Shown in pieces: positions 13,237 through 25,583 of a DNA stretch of 64,000 nt; position 1 is the stretch's first letter; every line of letters begins with the position of its first letter. The notes under the pieces were generated by a model. It saw only the letters and a list, made by a program, of their open reading frames with translations, searched no databases and was not told the origin of the DNA. The stretch spans positions 1,674,001-1,738,000 of the forward strand of contig NC_043015.1 of assembly GCF_006345805.1 (NCBI RefSeq), written 5' to 3'. The position numbers and the translations under genes were made by a program. The stretch is from Octopus sinensis (Eukaryota).

Positions 13237-13924
13237 TTTTACCACACAGCAACGCTTACGCCTAATAATGTTCATAATAACGTCGAGTAACAGCAGCAGC
13301 AATGCAAGCTCAGGTGGCAAGCTCTATGTTGTCGTCCGTCCTGCTAGAAATGGCAGTCAAGTCAACGTCATATTTGATTTGACAGTTTGTGGAGAAAGAA
13401 AAAATACATCTCGTGAGAAATGATGAACTTATATGCTTTTTAAAGTAGCGTGACGGGCATGGCTGGAATGTCATTGGTCATAACTTTGATCCAACAGTAA
13501 GTGACAACCAAAAAAAAAAAATAAAACACTACAAAAGACACACACACAAACACAAATGACAATAGATATAGAAACGATGAAACGGCAGAATGTGAGGATA
13601 TCGGACCACAGTGACCAACATAAAATATAAAAAAAAAACAACAATAAAACCTAACACGCATTGATATGTATAGTGTGTGTGCGTGCGCGCGCGTTTGTGC
13701 ATGTAGAAGTATAAAACCTAGAAAACAAACCAAGATGGCCCCAAAAAAACTTGAAGGGTCTCTACTGTTCCGCGATGATGGAAAGTGGAAGAAAGAGGAA
13801 GATTTTAACGAGTGGTAGGAGGAGTGACTTGCATATAGTATTTCCATTTGCCTTTTTAATGTTAGGTGGATGTTTTTTGTCTTATTATATTTTACGTTAG
13901 ACTGTTCTCTCTCTCTTCTCTCCT

Positions 13925-13977
<53 letters not shown>

Positions 13978-14062
13978 ATATATATATATACACATATATA
14001 CATATTATATATATATATATATATATACAAAATTGGGACAAGATCTATATATATATACATAA

Positions 14063-14099
<37 letters not shown>

Positions 14100-14253
14100 A
14101 AAGCCTAACCCTAACTTATTCATCAGTAATATTGTTTTGTTTAGTTTTTTCTTTCTTTTTTTTTTGCTTCTCTTTCCTTTTTGCGAATATCGCTAGCGTT
14201 TCCGGTTGATTGCTTTTCTTTAAGGCTTCTAAGGCAAACGGTGTAGAATGCCG

Positions 14254-14319
<66 letters not shown>

Positions 14320-14639
14320 CGGTGATGATGGCTGTGATAAATCATGCATTACATACGGGTGTCATCAGTTAAACCCGTCTATTCTCAAAGAACCATACCG
14401 ATCAAGTAAAACTGCGTCCACTGGAAACTTTTTTTTGCAACGAGCGGCCATCTTAAAACGAAAATACGACTATTCTGCACAGTCACTCATACACACACAT
14501 GCGTTCGTATGTAGATAAATACACACTCAAGTATACACAAAAACGTATGCAGACTCACGCATAAATATACACATCCATACATATCATGATGTAGAATGTC
14601 ATTCTGTATATCTTAATTAACGAGGGTATGTTATAAGAA

Positions 14640-14892
14640 AGCGGTATTCATTTTAGGTGAGCTGGCAGAAACGTTAGCGCGCCGGACGAAATGCTTAGCG
14701 GTATTTCGTCTGCCGCTACGTTGTGAGTTCAAATTTCGCCGAGGTCGACTTTGCCTTTCATCCTTTCGGGGTCGATAAATTAAGTACCAGTTACGCACTG
14801 GGGTCGATGTAATCGACTTAATACCTATGTCTGTCCTTGTTTGTCCCATCTATGTTTAGCCCCTTGTGGGTAATAATGAAATAGGTATTCAT
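14640..14892 (+). mobile_element. SINE family B, near full length
   Basis: ggtgagctggcagaaacgttagc (A box), gagttcaaatttcgcc (B box) and tail tttagccccttgtgggtaataatgaaatagg. Confidence 0.9.
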
Positions 14893-14974
14893 TTTAGGGA
14901 AGCCTCTCGCACAGACGGACGTATAGTGCTAAAAAGCACACAAGTATCGATAATCGATGGAAAGCGTTCCATTT

Positions 14975-15368
14975 TTTCTTTCTATTTGTTTCAGTCATTT
15001 AACTGCGGCCATGCTGGAACACCACCTTTAGTCGAGCAAATCGACCTCATGACTTTTTCCTTGTAAGCCTAGTACTTATTCTATCGGTCTTTTTTGCCGA
15101 ATCGCTAAGTTACGAGGATATAAACACACCAGCATGGGTTGTCAAGCGATGTTGGGAAGGACAAACACAGACACACAAACACATACACACACACACACAC
15201 ATATATATACGACGGGCTTTTTTCAGTTTCCGTCTACCAAATCCACTCACAAGGCTTTGGTAGGCTCGGGCTATAGTAGAAGACACTTGCCCTAGATGCC
15301 ACATAGTAGGACTGAACCCGGAACAATGTGGTTGGTAAGCAAGCTACTTAACGCACAGCCACTCCTGC
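14975..15368 (-). mobile_element. SINE family A, full length
   Basis: On the minus strand: head gcaggagtggctgtgcgttaagtagcttgc..gggttcagtcc, internal (TG)n, tail gcatggccgcagttaaatgactgaaacaaatag. Confidence 0.9.
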
Positions 15369-15538
15369 GCGTATGCTTATGCAGCTGGAATATGTTGGTC
15401 GAGGAATAGCTGGATCCAAGATTTCTGCAGATTTCCGCGTCATCGGCAGCGAATTTTCAAGTTTTCTCGAACGATTTTGTTTTGTTTAGTTGTTTTCATT
15501 TCATTTTATACTTTCACCCACACAAGCGCCCACGCACG

Positions 15539-15569
<31 letters not shown>

Positions 15570-16409
15570 ACACACATACACACACACAAATCAATGTTTC
15601 TGTCTAGTTTTATTTTTGTTATTGTTGTTTATGAAGTTGAAATATGTTGGCAGAGGAATAGCTTAATCCACGATTTCTGTGGATTTGCGCGTCATCGGCA
15701 GCGAGTAATCACTATCTCCACCCGCTTAGACAAACTTTGTTAGTACTGATATAGAAATATAATAATTAACAAATCACGAATGTCACAAGAAGCTTCCGGG
15801 TTGGGTAACAATTCGTCCTTATCAACCGGAAGCAGTATTAGTTCAGAATATATCTTATTTCACTTTGATATAATTTAAGAGAACGACAGCACTGCGTTAT
15901 GTACCTTCTGAAAGCCTACCAGCTTTGGTAAATTGTTAGTTTTTCTATATATCAGTAAAGACGAAACTTTTCTGAGTAAGAGGAGTAAATGGATACTTGC
16001 TGCCGATGAAGCGTAAATATGCAGAAATCCCAGATCTAGGGATTCCACCCACGATGCTCGACGGCTTTCATCTGCTACTGATAGTTACGTGCTTTTGACT
16101 ACTATACCTCTACACGACATGCTTTATCGAAACGGAAATCGTAATTTTGCTGTGTTTTTACGGTAGATCCACGCTAAATGGAATGTGCAAATGCTATTCT
16201 GAACCAATGCTGTACAGCTTCCCTCTCTCATGAAAGCACCCGCGCGCTCACACACACACTTTGAACACCTCTAATCTAACTCATTAAATATCATGTTTAG
16301 ATGAATTTAAAAAAGTCCACTTCCTACATTCATGAGTATAAATACCACAAGCACACACACACACCCGAATTATATATATATATATATTTGTCCTGCTTGC
16401 CAAATTCAT

Positions 16410-16486
<77 letters not shown>

Positions 16487-16631
16487 ATACCCCTAGCTGT
16501 TGCGAACTCGGCCTGGCACAGTCGTAGATATGGGAAAGTATTGTAGTTCGCTTGAAGCATTGTGCATTTTTTGTAAAGAATATAAAGTTTTGAATGGCAT
16601 AACAATGCACTATAATATAGACAATGGGCTA

Positions 16632-17892
16632 CGAGGGGCGTTCAATATGTAATGCCCCTGGCCCACTTCCCATAGCAGTAGAGCAATGAAACCTGGCACA
16701 GTTATTAGTCTTTTTCTACATAGGAACCACCAAGAGTTACGCATTTCTCCCATCGTTTGATGCAGCTCTTGAGACCGTTTCTGTAGAAGACCCCAGCTTG
16801 GTCCTCCAACCTGAACGTGACTTCAGAAATCAAGGCTGCATCATCTGGGAAACGCTTTCCTTTCAAAAACAACTTCATGACTAGGAAGAGGTGAAAATCA
16901 GAGGGTGCAAGGTCAGGAAAGTAGGGGGATGGGGGAGGAGTTCATAGCCATACGCCTGTGCTTCTGATCTGGCGACAAGCGAGTTGTGAACCGGAGCGTT
17001 GTCCTGCAGGAGGAGGATGCTTTTGCTGATCTTGCCCCGCCTCTTGAATTTGATAACTTCTCTTAATTTCCTCAAAAGTGAAGCATAATAGGCTCCTGTA
17101 ATTGTGGTACCCTTTGCCAGGAAATCTGTCATCACTACTCTGTCCTGGTCCCAGAAGACTGTGAGCATGATCTTGACAGCGGAGGGCTGCACCCTTGCCT
17201 TCTTTGGAGGGGATGGGTCACGGTGCTTCCACTGCATTGACTGGGCTTTGGTCTCTGGATCATCGTGATGGACCCAGGTTTCATCCTGTGTAATCAGTCT
17301 TTTGAAAAATTTTGACTCATCTTCTTGGCACATCTCCAAATTCATCCTCGAGCACTCGACGCGTTCTTGCTTCTGGAAAGGCATGAACAACCTGGAATCC
17401 ATCTGGCAGACACCTTTTGCATATGCAAATGGTCATGAATGATAGTTTCCACTGACCCGGTACTAATCTTGACCTCATGGGCTATTTGGCGAATAATTTG
17501 CGTCGATCTTCCAAAATGGCAGCCTCAACTTGACGGACAGATGCTTCATCAATGGCGAAAGGGGCGACCAGATCTGGGAGCTGTTTCCACATAGTTCCGA
17601 CCATGTTTTGAATTCACGATGCCAGCGTTTTTTAAAAGGTCATATGAGGGCCCATAACCATAAGTTACTTTCATTTCATCAAAAGTCTTCCGTGGTGTGC
17701 GTCCTTTCAAATACAAAAACCGGATCATGCTCGACACTCAACAGGCTCCATTTCAAACTTGACACAAATACCTGTAAATCAGAAACCTCAATTATTCACG
17801 AGCTGTATTGCCACTGACTATAATAATGATTGCACATGCAAGCTCAAACAACTGCAAATGGGTCAGGGGCATTACTTATTGAACGTCCCTCG
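16632..17892 (-). mobile_element. Near full-length mariner transposon (1261 bp)
   Basis: TIRs of about 34 bp (cgaggggcgttcaatatgtaatgcccctggccca and tgggtcaggggcattacttattgaacgtccctcg; 3 mismatches) with a TA target duplication at 16630-16631 and 17893-17894. Confidence 0.95.
16705..17737 (-). pseudogene. Mariner DDD transposase, frameshifted
   Basis: Segments MIRFLYLKGRTPRKTFDEM...PRSGRP; LITQDETWVHH...KIMLTVFWD...LLLQDNAPVHNS; then, after a 1-nt shift, YFPDLAPSDFHLF...KRWEKCVTLGGSYVEKD* (stop 16705-16707). Confidence 0.93.
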
Positions 17893-17898
17893 TATATA

Positions 17899-18189
17899 CC
17901 TGTTGTAATTTAGTCATCCATAGTCTGATATGATATATCGCAATAACATTCCTTCTTCAGATATTCTTAGATGGAGTCGCTGCTATAATCGATTTTCCAA
18001 CGGCATTTCTTTTTTACTTTTTTTCTTTTTTTTTTCATTCTTTGGATGCATCTCAGCAATGGTCTCACGATGCTTCTTCCGGAATTCCTCATGAGAAGTG
18101 TGTGAGTTCGGCTCCATTTAAGAATATTTCAAGAAGGAATATTATTCCGAAATATCAAATCAGACTATGAATGTCTAAATTACAACTTG
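17899..18189. repeat. Fold-back element with ~85-90 bp inverted arms, TA-flanked; arms carry degenerate hammerhead motifs
   Basis: Left cctgttgtaatttagtcatccatagtctgat...tccttcttcagatattcttagatggagtcg mirrors right cggctccatttaagaatatttcaagaagga...atcagactatgaatgtctaaattacaacttg. Confidence 0.8.
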
Positions 18190-19068
18190 TATATATCCCG
18201 TTGTCTGTATTATAGTGCATTGTACCATTCAAAACTTTTATTCTATATATATATATATATATATCATATATATATATATATACACACTCAAATTAATATG
18301 TATATGCGTATGTATATTTGTGTATTTGTATATGTGCGTGTATAAACATATCTATATATATATATATTTGCGCATGACACCGCATGATTCACATACACGA
18401 ACTTATAAACTACACATCCTTGTCAATTTAGAACAACACCTTGGATTAAATTTGACGCCAAATCATGTGGAAAGCGTGTGAAAATCTGCAATCATGTGAA
18501 CATGCGTACAATCAAAAACTATTAAGCGCAAGCATTGAAAATGCAACATGCCTCCGTGGGCTATGTCACCTAGGGTGTGTGTGTGTCTGTGTGCATGCAT
18601 GCGTGTGTGCGCGACAGCATGATCATAAACATAGTCACAACTGCGTTTAGCGTTATCGATATATTACATTCATAATATACATATATATATATATATATAC
18701 ATGCATAAAAATACTACGCGCTCGCACAGGCACACGCGAGTGCACAGAGAGTCTTACATATATAACTTTGATATTGAACGCATTGTTTGCAGTCAGACGT
18801 GAAACGCCATGCTGCTCAATGCTCACCAAGCAAGTACGCAGCTGGTGTCTAGACTTAATATTCGTTTTCATTGTTCAAACTACTCCAATTCTGAAAATGT
18901 ACTACTATAACAGTGACCCATTTCACTGCTCGGTACACCAACACATGCATATATATATATATATATATGTTGTGTGTGTGGGTGTATAAGTATATGTATA
19001 TATATATATATATAATATGTATATATATGATATATATATATATGTATATATATGTATATATATATACC

Positions 19069-19099
<31 letters not shown>

Positions 19100-19137
19100 T
19101 ATATGGATGTATGTAGTTGTATTATTTAGTTTTCTTA

Positions 19138-19170
<33 letters not shown>

Positions 19171-19397
19171 ATATATTTATAATATATATATATATATATA
19201 TACATAATATGTATATATATATGTGTGTGTGTATAAAACTTTTTTCTACTCCTTAATCACCGAACCTGGGCGTTAACTATGGTCTATCCATAGCACTTAT
19301 TCACCATTACCTGACACCTTGGGGTCTTATGGACACCATTACCTCTCATAACCTATCTCTCTCTCTCTTTTTCTCTCTCTCTCTCTCTCTCTCTCTT

Positions 19398-19442
<45 letters not shown>

Positions 19443-19443
19443 C

Positions 19444-19547
19444 ATCAAAAATAAGCAACAAAATGGATCCGGTAATTTAGTACAATTGTTATAGTATGAA
19501 ACAATTGTACTAAATTATCGGTTCCATTCTTGTTGCTTATTTTTGAT
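19444..19547. repeat. Near-perfect hairpin (47-48 bp arms, 9-nt loop)
   Basis: atcaaaaataagcaacaaaatggatccggtaatttagtacaattgtt-atagtatga-aacaattgtactaaattatcggttccattcttgttgcttatttttgat. Confidence 0.9.
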
Positions 19548-19689
19548 TATAAACACACCGCATATTTTTATGGGTAATACCATAAACAATTCTGGTGCAT
19601 CTAAATTAAGTACCATATTCATTTGAATCTAAATTGTTTGCTGAACTCATATATATATATATATATATGTATAGTTACCAATAGTCGGG

Positions 19690-20986
19690 ATGTGCGGCGT
19701 TCTGTCATTCAATATATAAATAAAAAAGGCATAGGGCAGACACGAAGGAGCCTACGGTAAAGGTACTTGAACAGTATCATATAACCATTCCATTGCTTCT
19801 TCCATTCTCTTGGGTTCGCTCGCAACGAATTTGCCTTTTTTTTTAGTTGATTTATGTGCCTCTTGTATGTCCATTTTCTTCCTTTTACCAAGTATAGCAT
19901 TTTTCCTATGCATTTGGTAATCACACCATCTTTCCAAATTTGTTTTCCGTTCTTATATGTCCTAAGAAATACATTTTCAATAATTTTGAATTAACTTGCT
20001 GTATTATCCGTTGCAATTTTTCTTTTATCACCACGTAGCAACTTGTCGAAGACTGATTTAATTTAATTTAATTTTCCTTGCAAACAGCTTCTCCGCAGGT
20101 GACATGCCCGTCGGTGTGTTTGGATTTGGTGTCACTCGGGATATTCTTAGGAATTCCAAAGAGAGCTACATCATCCGTGACTTCCTTATTCGACTTTCTT
20201 AGAGCTCTGTTGAACGTATCGATAAATCTGTGATTGTTTGACGCAGAAGTTACATGTTCTACAGCGAACGTCTTATCAAAACTTTTTAAACTCAAAAGAC
20301 ACAAATTGCGTTCCATTATCAGACGCTATATTTTCTGGGAGGCCAAATCTCGCAAACAGCTCATGTAGAAAGTTTGTCGTAGTTGAGGAGATTGGCTTTT
20401 TAAAGTTACAAATTTCTGGCGATTTAGAGAAAATATCCACTACCACTAAATTGTACGAACCGTTTAAGGAACCAGCAAAATCAACGTGTAGTCTCCACCA
20501 CGGAACATCTACTTTTGGACAGCGTTCACTTTTTACCGTCGTTAATTTTGCCGCGAGAGAACATCCTCTGCAGCCTTTCACTAAATTTTCAGTTTCTCTA
20601 TCCATTTGTGGCCAGTACTCGTAGCTACGCATTAAACCTTTCATCCCCGAAATACCAGATGTACAACATGGAGTTTCCTCAACATTTTGATTTACAGAGT
20701 TTCAGCTATTACTACTCTCTGTGCATACATCAGTACACTATCACAAATTGAGTATAGGGTCACGTTATTATTTCGTTTTGCACCAATCCTGTGCCTATTT
20801 ACTTTTCCTGTCCACAGTATTCTTTTCATTTCCACCATGAATTTGTTCTTTTCCCCATTTCGTTTTATGTTTTCTAGGATCACCGGTAATTCGCGTACCA
20901 CATTCCACATTACATTTTTTTATTTCTCCTTCTGAGCTTAATGCTGCGATTACAGTATCTTCGTATGGCTCGCAGTATTTCGGCAA
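19690..20986 (-). mobile_element. Decayed Ty3/gypsy pol fragment (integrase zinc-binding and core domains plus C-terminal part)
   Basis: ORF 20276-20644: MKGLMRSYEYWPQMDRETENLVKGCRGC...PWWRLHVDFAGSLNGSYNLVVVDIFSK...FARFGLPENIASDNGTQFVSFEFKKF. Flanking frames continue the pol-like sequence (YSICDSVLMYAQRVVI; IGKMLYLVKGRKWTYKRHINQL). No LTRs seen. Confidence 0.9.
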
Positions 20987-21127
20987 TAGAGACCGATAGA
21001 ATAAGTACTAGGCTTACAAAAAATAAGTCTTCGGGTGGAATTGCTCGACTAAAGGCGGTGCTCCAGCATGGCCACAGTCAATCACTGAAACAAGTAAAAG
21101 AGTAAAGGTTAAAGAGAGTTTATATAT

Positions 21128-21158
<31 letters not shown>

Positions 21159-21221
21159 CACACATATACATATATATATATATATGTTATATATATGTAT
21201 GTATATATATATATGTATGTA

Positions 21222-21265
<44 letters not shown>

Positions 21266-21345
21266 TAATACAATTACACATATATATATACATATATACA
21301 GACATATATATACCATATATATATACATATACCATATACATATAA

Positions 21346-21383
<38 letters not shown>

Positions 21384-21989
21384 CATAAATATACATACAT
21401 ATTAATATATATTTATATAAGAAATTATTATTACTTTCAACCACATTTTCTTTCAATATTATTTTTTGTTCTCCCTCTCTTGCTCCCGATCTGTCCCTCT
21501 CTCACGCTCTCTCTCCCTCCCTCCCTCCCTCTATCTTTATCATTCTCTCTCTCTCTCCTCCATTCTGCTCTCTAATTTCATATTTCTTATTTCGTATTTC
21601 TGATGTAAATGCTATCTCCTATTTGAAGTTAATAGCCAGGAAAGAACCAATATTGAAGATTGCTTCCCCCACACAATGCAGGAAATAAAAGACCGAACAA
21701 ACATAGGGGAAAAAAAACAAACAAACAAACAAATTTATGAATAAATATAGAAATAAATAAATAGATAAATAGATAATGAAGAAAAGAAACGAAGGAAAAA
21801 AAAAAAGAAAAAAAATGACAAAACTGAAAAGACGAACAGAAGAAAAGTATTCAGGAACGAAAAGAACAATCTCGAAAAACCGAAACGAAACTAAAAGAAT
21901 CTGAGTTCTGAAAACTAATATACGGAAAAAAAAAATGTATCGTATGATTGATAAGAGAATCAATAACAAATGCTGATCATGATGCGGCG

Positions 21990-22395
21990 CTGCTGCAGAT
22001 GATGATGATGATGAGGAGGAGGAGGAGGAGGGGGATGACGGTGATGGTAGCAGTGGTTGGTGGTTGTGATAATGAAGATTATAATGAAGACGACAACAAC
22101 GATGAAGATGGTTATGATGATGGCGATGATGATGATGAGGAGGAGGTGGAGGAGGAGGAGGTGGATGACGGTGATGGTAGCAGTTGTTGGTGATTGTGGC
22201 GGTGGTGGTGATAATGAAGAAGACGACAACAACTAGGATGATGGTTATGATGATGACGATGATGATGAGGAGGAGGAGGAGGAGGGGGATGGTGGTGATG
22301 ATGATGGTGATGATGATGGTGATGATGATGGTGATGATAAGGATGAAGATGATGATGATGATGATGAGGAGGAGGAGGAGGAGGATGGTGGTGAC

Positions 22396-22438
<43 letters not shown>

Positions 22439-22859
22439 TTGATGATGAGGAGGAGGAGGAGGAGGGGGAGGATGACGGTGATGGCAGCAGTGGTTGGTGG
22501 TTGTGGCGGTGGTTGAGATAATGAAGATTATAATGAAGAAGACAATAACGATGATGATGGTTATGATGATGAGGATGATGCTGAAGAGGAGGAGTTGGAG
22601 GAGGATGGTAGATGATGATGATGAGGAGGAGGATGATGAGAAGGAGGAAGATGATGATGATGATGATGATGATGATGACGACGATGATGATGATGATAAT
22701 GATGATGATGATAATGATGATGATGATGAGGAGGAGGAGGAGGAGAGGATGGTGGTGATGATGATGATGAGGAGGAGGAGGAGGATGGTGGTGATGATGA
22801 TGATGATGAGGAGGAGGAGGAAGATGATGATGATGATGACGACGATGATGATGATGATA

Positions 22860-22899
<40 letters not shown>

Positions 22900-22925
22900 C
22901 GATGATGATGACGAAGATGGTGACA
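21990..22925. repeat. Compound (GAT)n/(GAG)n array with a recurring longer unit
   Basis: ggatgacggtgatgg(t/c)agcagt(g/t)gttggtg(g/a)ttgtg recurs at ~22033, ~22162 and ~22469 within trinucleotide runs. Confidence 0.9.
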
Positions 22926-23162
22926 GTTCGTGGCCAGAGTTTGGTCCAGCGCTGCCAGTTCTCGGTGTCTTTTCTGAGGGTTCATTTCATCAGCCAAGCG
23001 CACCTATTTTTTCCAGCACCTTCTGCTGTTGCTACAAGAATACCAGCAACTATACGAAAATATTTACAATATGGCGATGATAAAATTTGTTATATATATA
23101 TATTTCGTTTTTGGATTTGGTTTGCAAGATTCTTTATATGAGTTCGTGTGTTGAAGCTTATT

Positions 23163-23356
23163 CTGTTGTGTCTGGGGAGAGTCATTCTCTTTTAATGCCT
23201 TATTATTTAACACACTCACCGGTAAAATTTCCACTTATTTCTTATTTTTATTTTCTAAAATTTTCGTTGCGTCTTGCAACCTTTTCAAGAGTCTTGACTC
23301 TGTCCGGGAACGCAGTGTAAATAACGGACACAGAATGACGTCACCAGACACAACAG
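23163..23356. mobile_element. MITE-like element with ~26-bp imperfect TIRs
   Basis: ctgttgtgtctggggagagtcattct ... agaatgacgtcaccagacacaacag; a second, truncated copy lies at 35622-35725. Confidence 0.6.
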
Positions 23357-23358
23357 TA

Positions 23359-23422
<64 letters not shown>

Positions 23423-23500
23423 TATATATTATATATATAATAGAAAATATAAAATTACTAAGTCTCTCTAAAAGAGAACAGCGCGGCAGCGTTCCGGAAA

Positions 23501-24016
23501 ATAATAGTTATCGCCATACTAATATGGCATTCTTATAAAAATAAGAATAAAGCTGTCCGCTTATTAGCTCCATGAGGCCATCGCCTTAAGTTAGCTATTT
23601 GATACACAAACTGTATCCATATAACCTTCGAACAAGGGAGGTCAGTCGCTCCACACTACTTGACCGGCAGCTACAGACGCGTTCGGGGTATTGCCCCATT
23701 TCAATGCAGCGTAGCCAGCCAGTAGGGGTGTCGCTTCCGGTAAATAACTAGGTAAATAAAACCATCGAACAGAGATTGTCGGAAGCGACACCTACTGGCT
23801 GGCTACGCTGCATTGAAAAGGGGCAATACCCCGAAACGCGTCTGTAGCTGCCGGTCAAGTAGTGTGGAGCGACTGACCTCCCTGTTCGAAGGTTATATGG
23901 ATACAGTTTGTGTATCAAATAGCTAACTTAAGGCGATGGCCTCATGGAGCTAATAAGCGGACAGCTTTATTCTTATTTTTATAAGAATGCCATATTAGTA
24001 TGGCGATAACTATTAT
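23501..24016. repeat. Long palindrome (arms 23501-23739 and 23780-24016, 40-nt spacer) between (TA)n tracts
   Basis: The arms are reverse complements apart from three short homopolymer indels and one substitution, read directly from the sequence. Confidence 0.95.
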
Positions 24017-24092
<76 letters not shown>

Positions 24093-24096
24093 ATAT

Positions 24097-24128
<32 letters not shown>

Positions 24129-24281
24129 CATATATACATATATATATCTATATATATATTATATATATTTTTTTATATATATTATATTATATTATATTAT
24201 ATTATATTATATTATATTATATTATATTAATGATATATGATCGAAATGATGATTTGCAGAAGTGTCACACAGAAAGGCAAT

Positions 24282-24337
<56 letters not shown>

Positions 24338-24718
24338 CCATCATCGTTATTATTATTATGGTTACGCTTTTAGCTGGCAGAATCGTTAGTACGTCGGGCG
24401 ATATGCTTAGTGGTATTTCGTCAGTCTTTACGTTCTGACTTCAATATCCGCCTTTCATCCTTTCGGAGTCGATAAAATAACTACCAGTTGAATACTGGTT
24501 GGGGGCGATGTAATTGTCTGTTCCCCCTCGCGCAAATTTGAGGCCTTGGGTTGAGTTATTATTATTATAGTTATTATTCATTTAACTCAAGTATGGTCTT
24601 ATTCCTGGCAGGATCTATGTGGGTAGCGGGTTACAACCTGTAACCTTGGATATCCACTAGCTTTCTTTCAATAGTTCTTGGGGTATAATTGAAGGAGCTT
24701 CAATTTTCCATTTTGCCT

Positions 24719-25102
24719 TGGAAGCACTCCGTCGGTTACGACGACGAGGGTTCCGGTTGATCCGATCAACGGAACAGCCTGCTCGTGAAATTAACGTGTA
24801 AGTGGCTGAGCACTCCACAGACACGTGTACCCTTAACGTAGTTCTCGGGCATATTCAGCGTGACACAGAGAGTGACAAGGCCGGCCCTTTAAAATACAGG
24901 TACAACAGAAACAGGAAGTAAGAGTGAGAGAAAGTTGTGGTGAAAGAGTACAGCAGGGATCGCCACCATCCCCTGCCGGAGCCTCGTAGAGCTTTTAGGT
25001 GTTTTCGCTCAATAAACACTCACAACGCCCGGTCTGGGAATCGAAACCGCGATCCTACCACCGCGAGTCCGCTACCCTAACCACTGGGCCATTGCGCCTC
25101 CA
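24719..25102 (-). mobile_element. tRNA-derived SINE family C, full length
   Basis: On the minus strand: head tggaggcgcaatggcccagtggttagggtagcggactcgc..cgcggtttcgattccc (A and B boxes), conserved body, tail ...gtcgtaaccgacggagtgcttcca. Confidence 0.9.
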
Positions 25103-25205
25103 CCCCATTTTGTCTACAGTTCAGATGTTCCTTTGCGCCTCAAAGAGCTTCGCAATGATTACAGAGAATATTCATGCCACCAATGTTGTAACTTTCAATT
25201 ATATC

Positions 25206-25583
25206 TTTTGTCTTTTACTTGTTTCAGTCATTAGACTGCGGCCATATTGGAGCACCACCTTGAAGAATTTGTTTGGTCGAACGATTCCTCCCAGTACTTA
25301 CTTTTTTCAACCAAGTATTTTAAGTTACACGTGCGCAAGCATACCAACACCGGTTGACAAGAGGTAGGGAGGAAAGCACAAAGACACACACTCACAAACA
25401 CACACACACATACATACGTGGGGAGGGCCTCGGTCAGTTTCCGTCTACCATATCCACTCACAAGGCTTTGGCCGACACGAGGCTACAGTAGAAGACACTT
25501 GCCCAAGCGGCCTTGCAGTAGGACTGAACCCGGAACCATGTGAGTGGGAAGCAAGCTTATTACCATACCCTCACACCTGCGCC
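25206..25583 (-). mobile_element. SINE family A, full length
   Basis: Same head, (TG)n and tail as the 14975 copy. Confidence 0.88.

Noticed and set aside
13735-13818. CAAGATGGCC start encoding MAPKKLEGSLLFRDDGKWKKEEDFNEW
   Set aside because: Good start context, but only a weak donor, no recognisable homology and no linked exon.
14104-14115. CCTAACCCTAAC, identical to a TTAGGG telomerase template
   Set aside because: It is isolated between a TA tract and AT-rich sequence, with no visible pseudoknot, CR4/5 or H/ACA elements. More likely a chance or interstitial telomeric bit.
14370-14455. Minus-strand AAGATGGCC start (MAARCKKKFPVDAVLLDR) with a CG|GTATGG donor
   Set aside because: No recognisable protein and no downstream exon could be connected; cannot be supported.
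22925-23095. Unique sequence after the (GAT)n array with open frames, plus a minus-strand CTGATGA..GAAA
   Set aside because: No recognisable protein or clean splice sites. The hammerhead-like spacing lacks stem III and a UH site.
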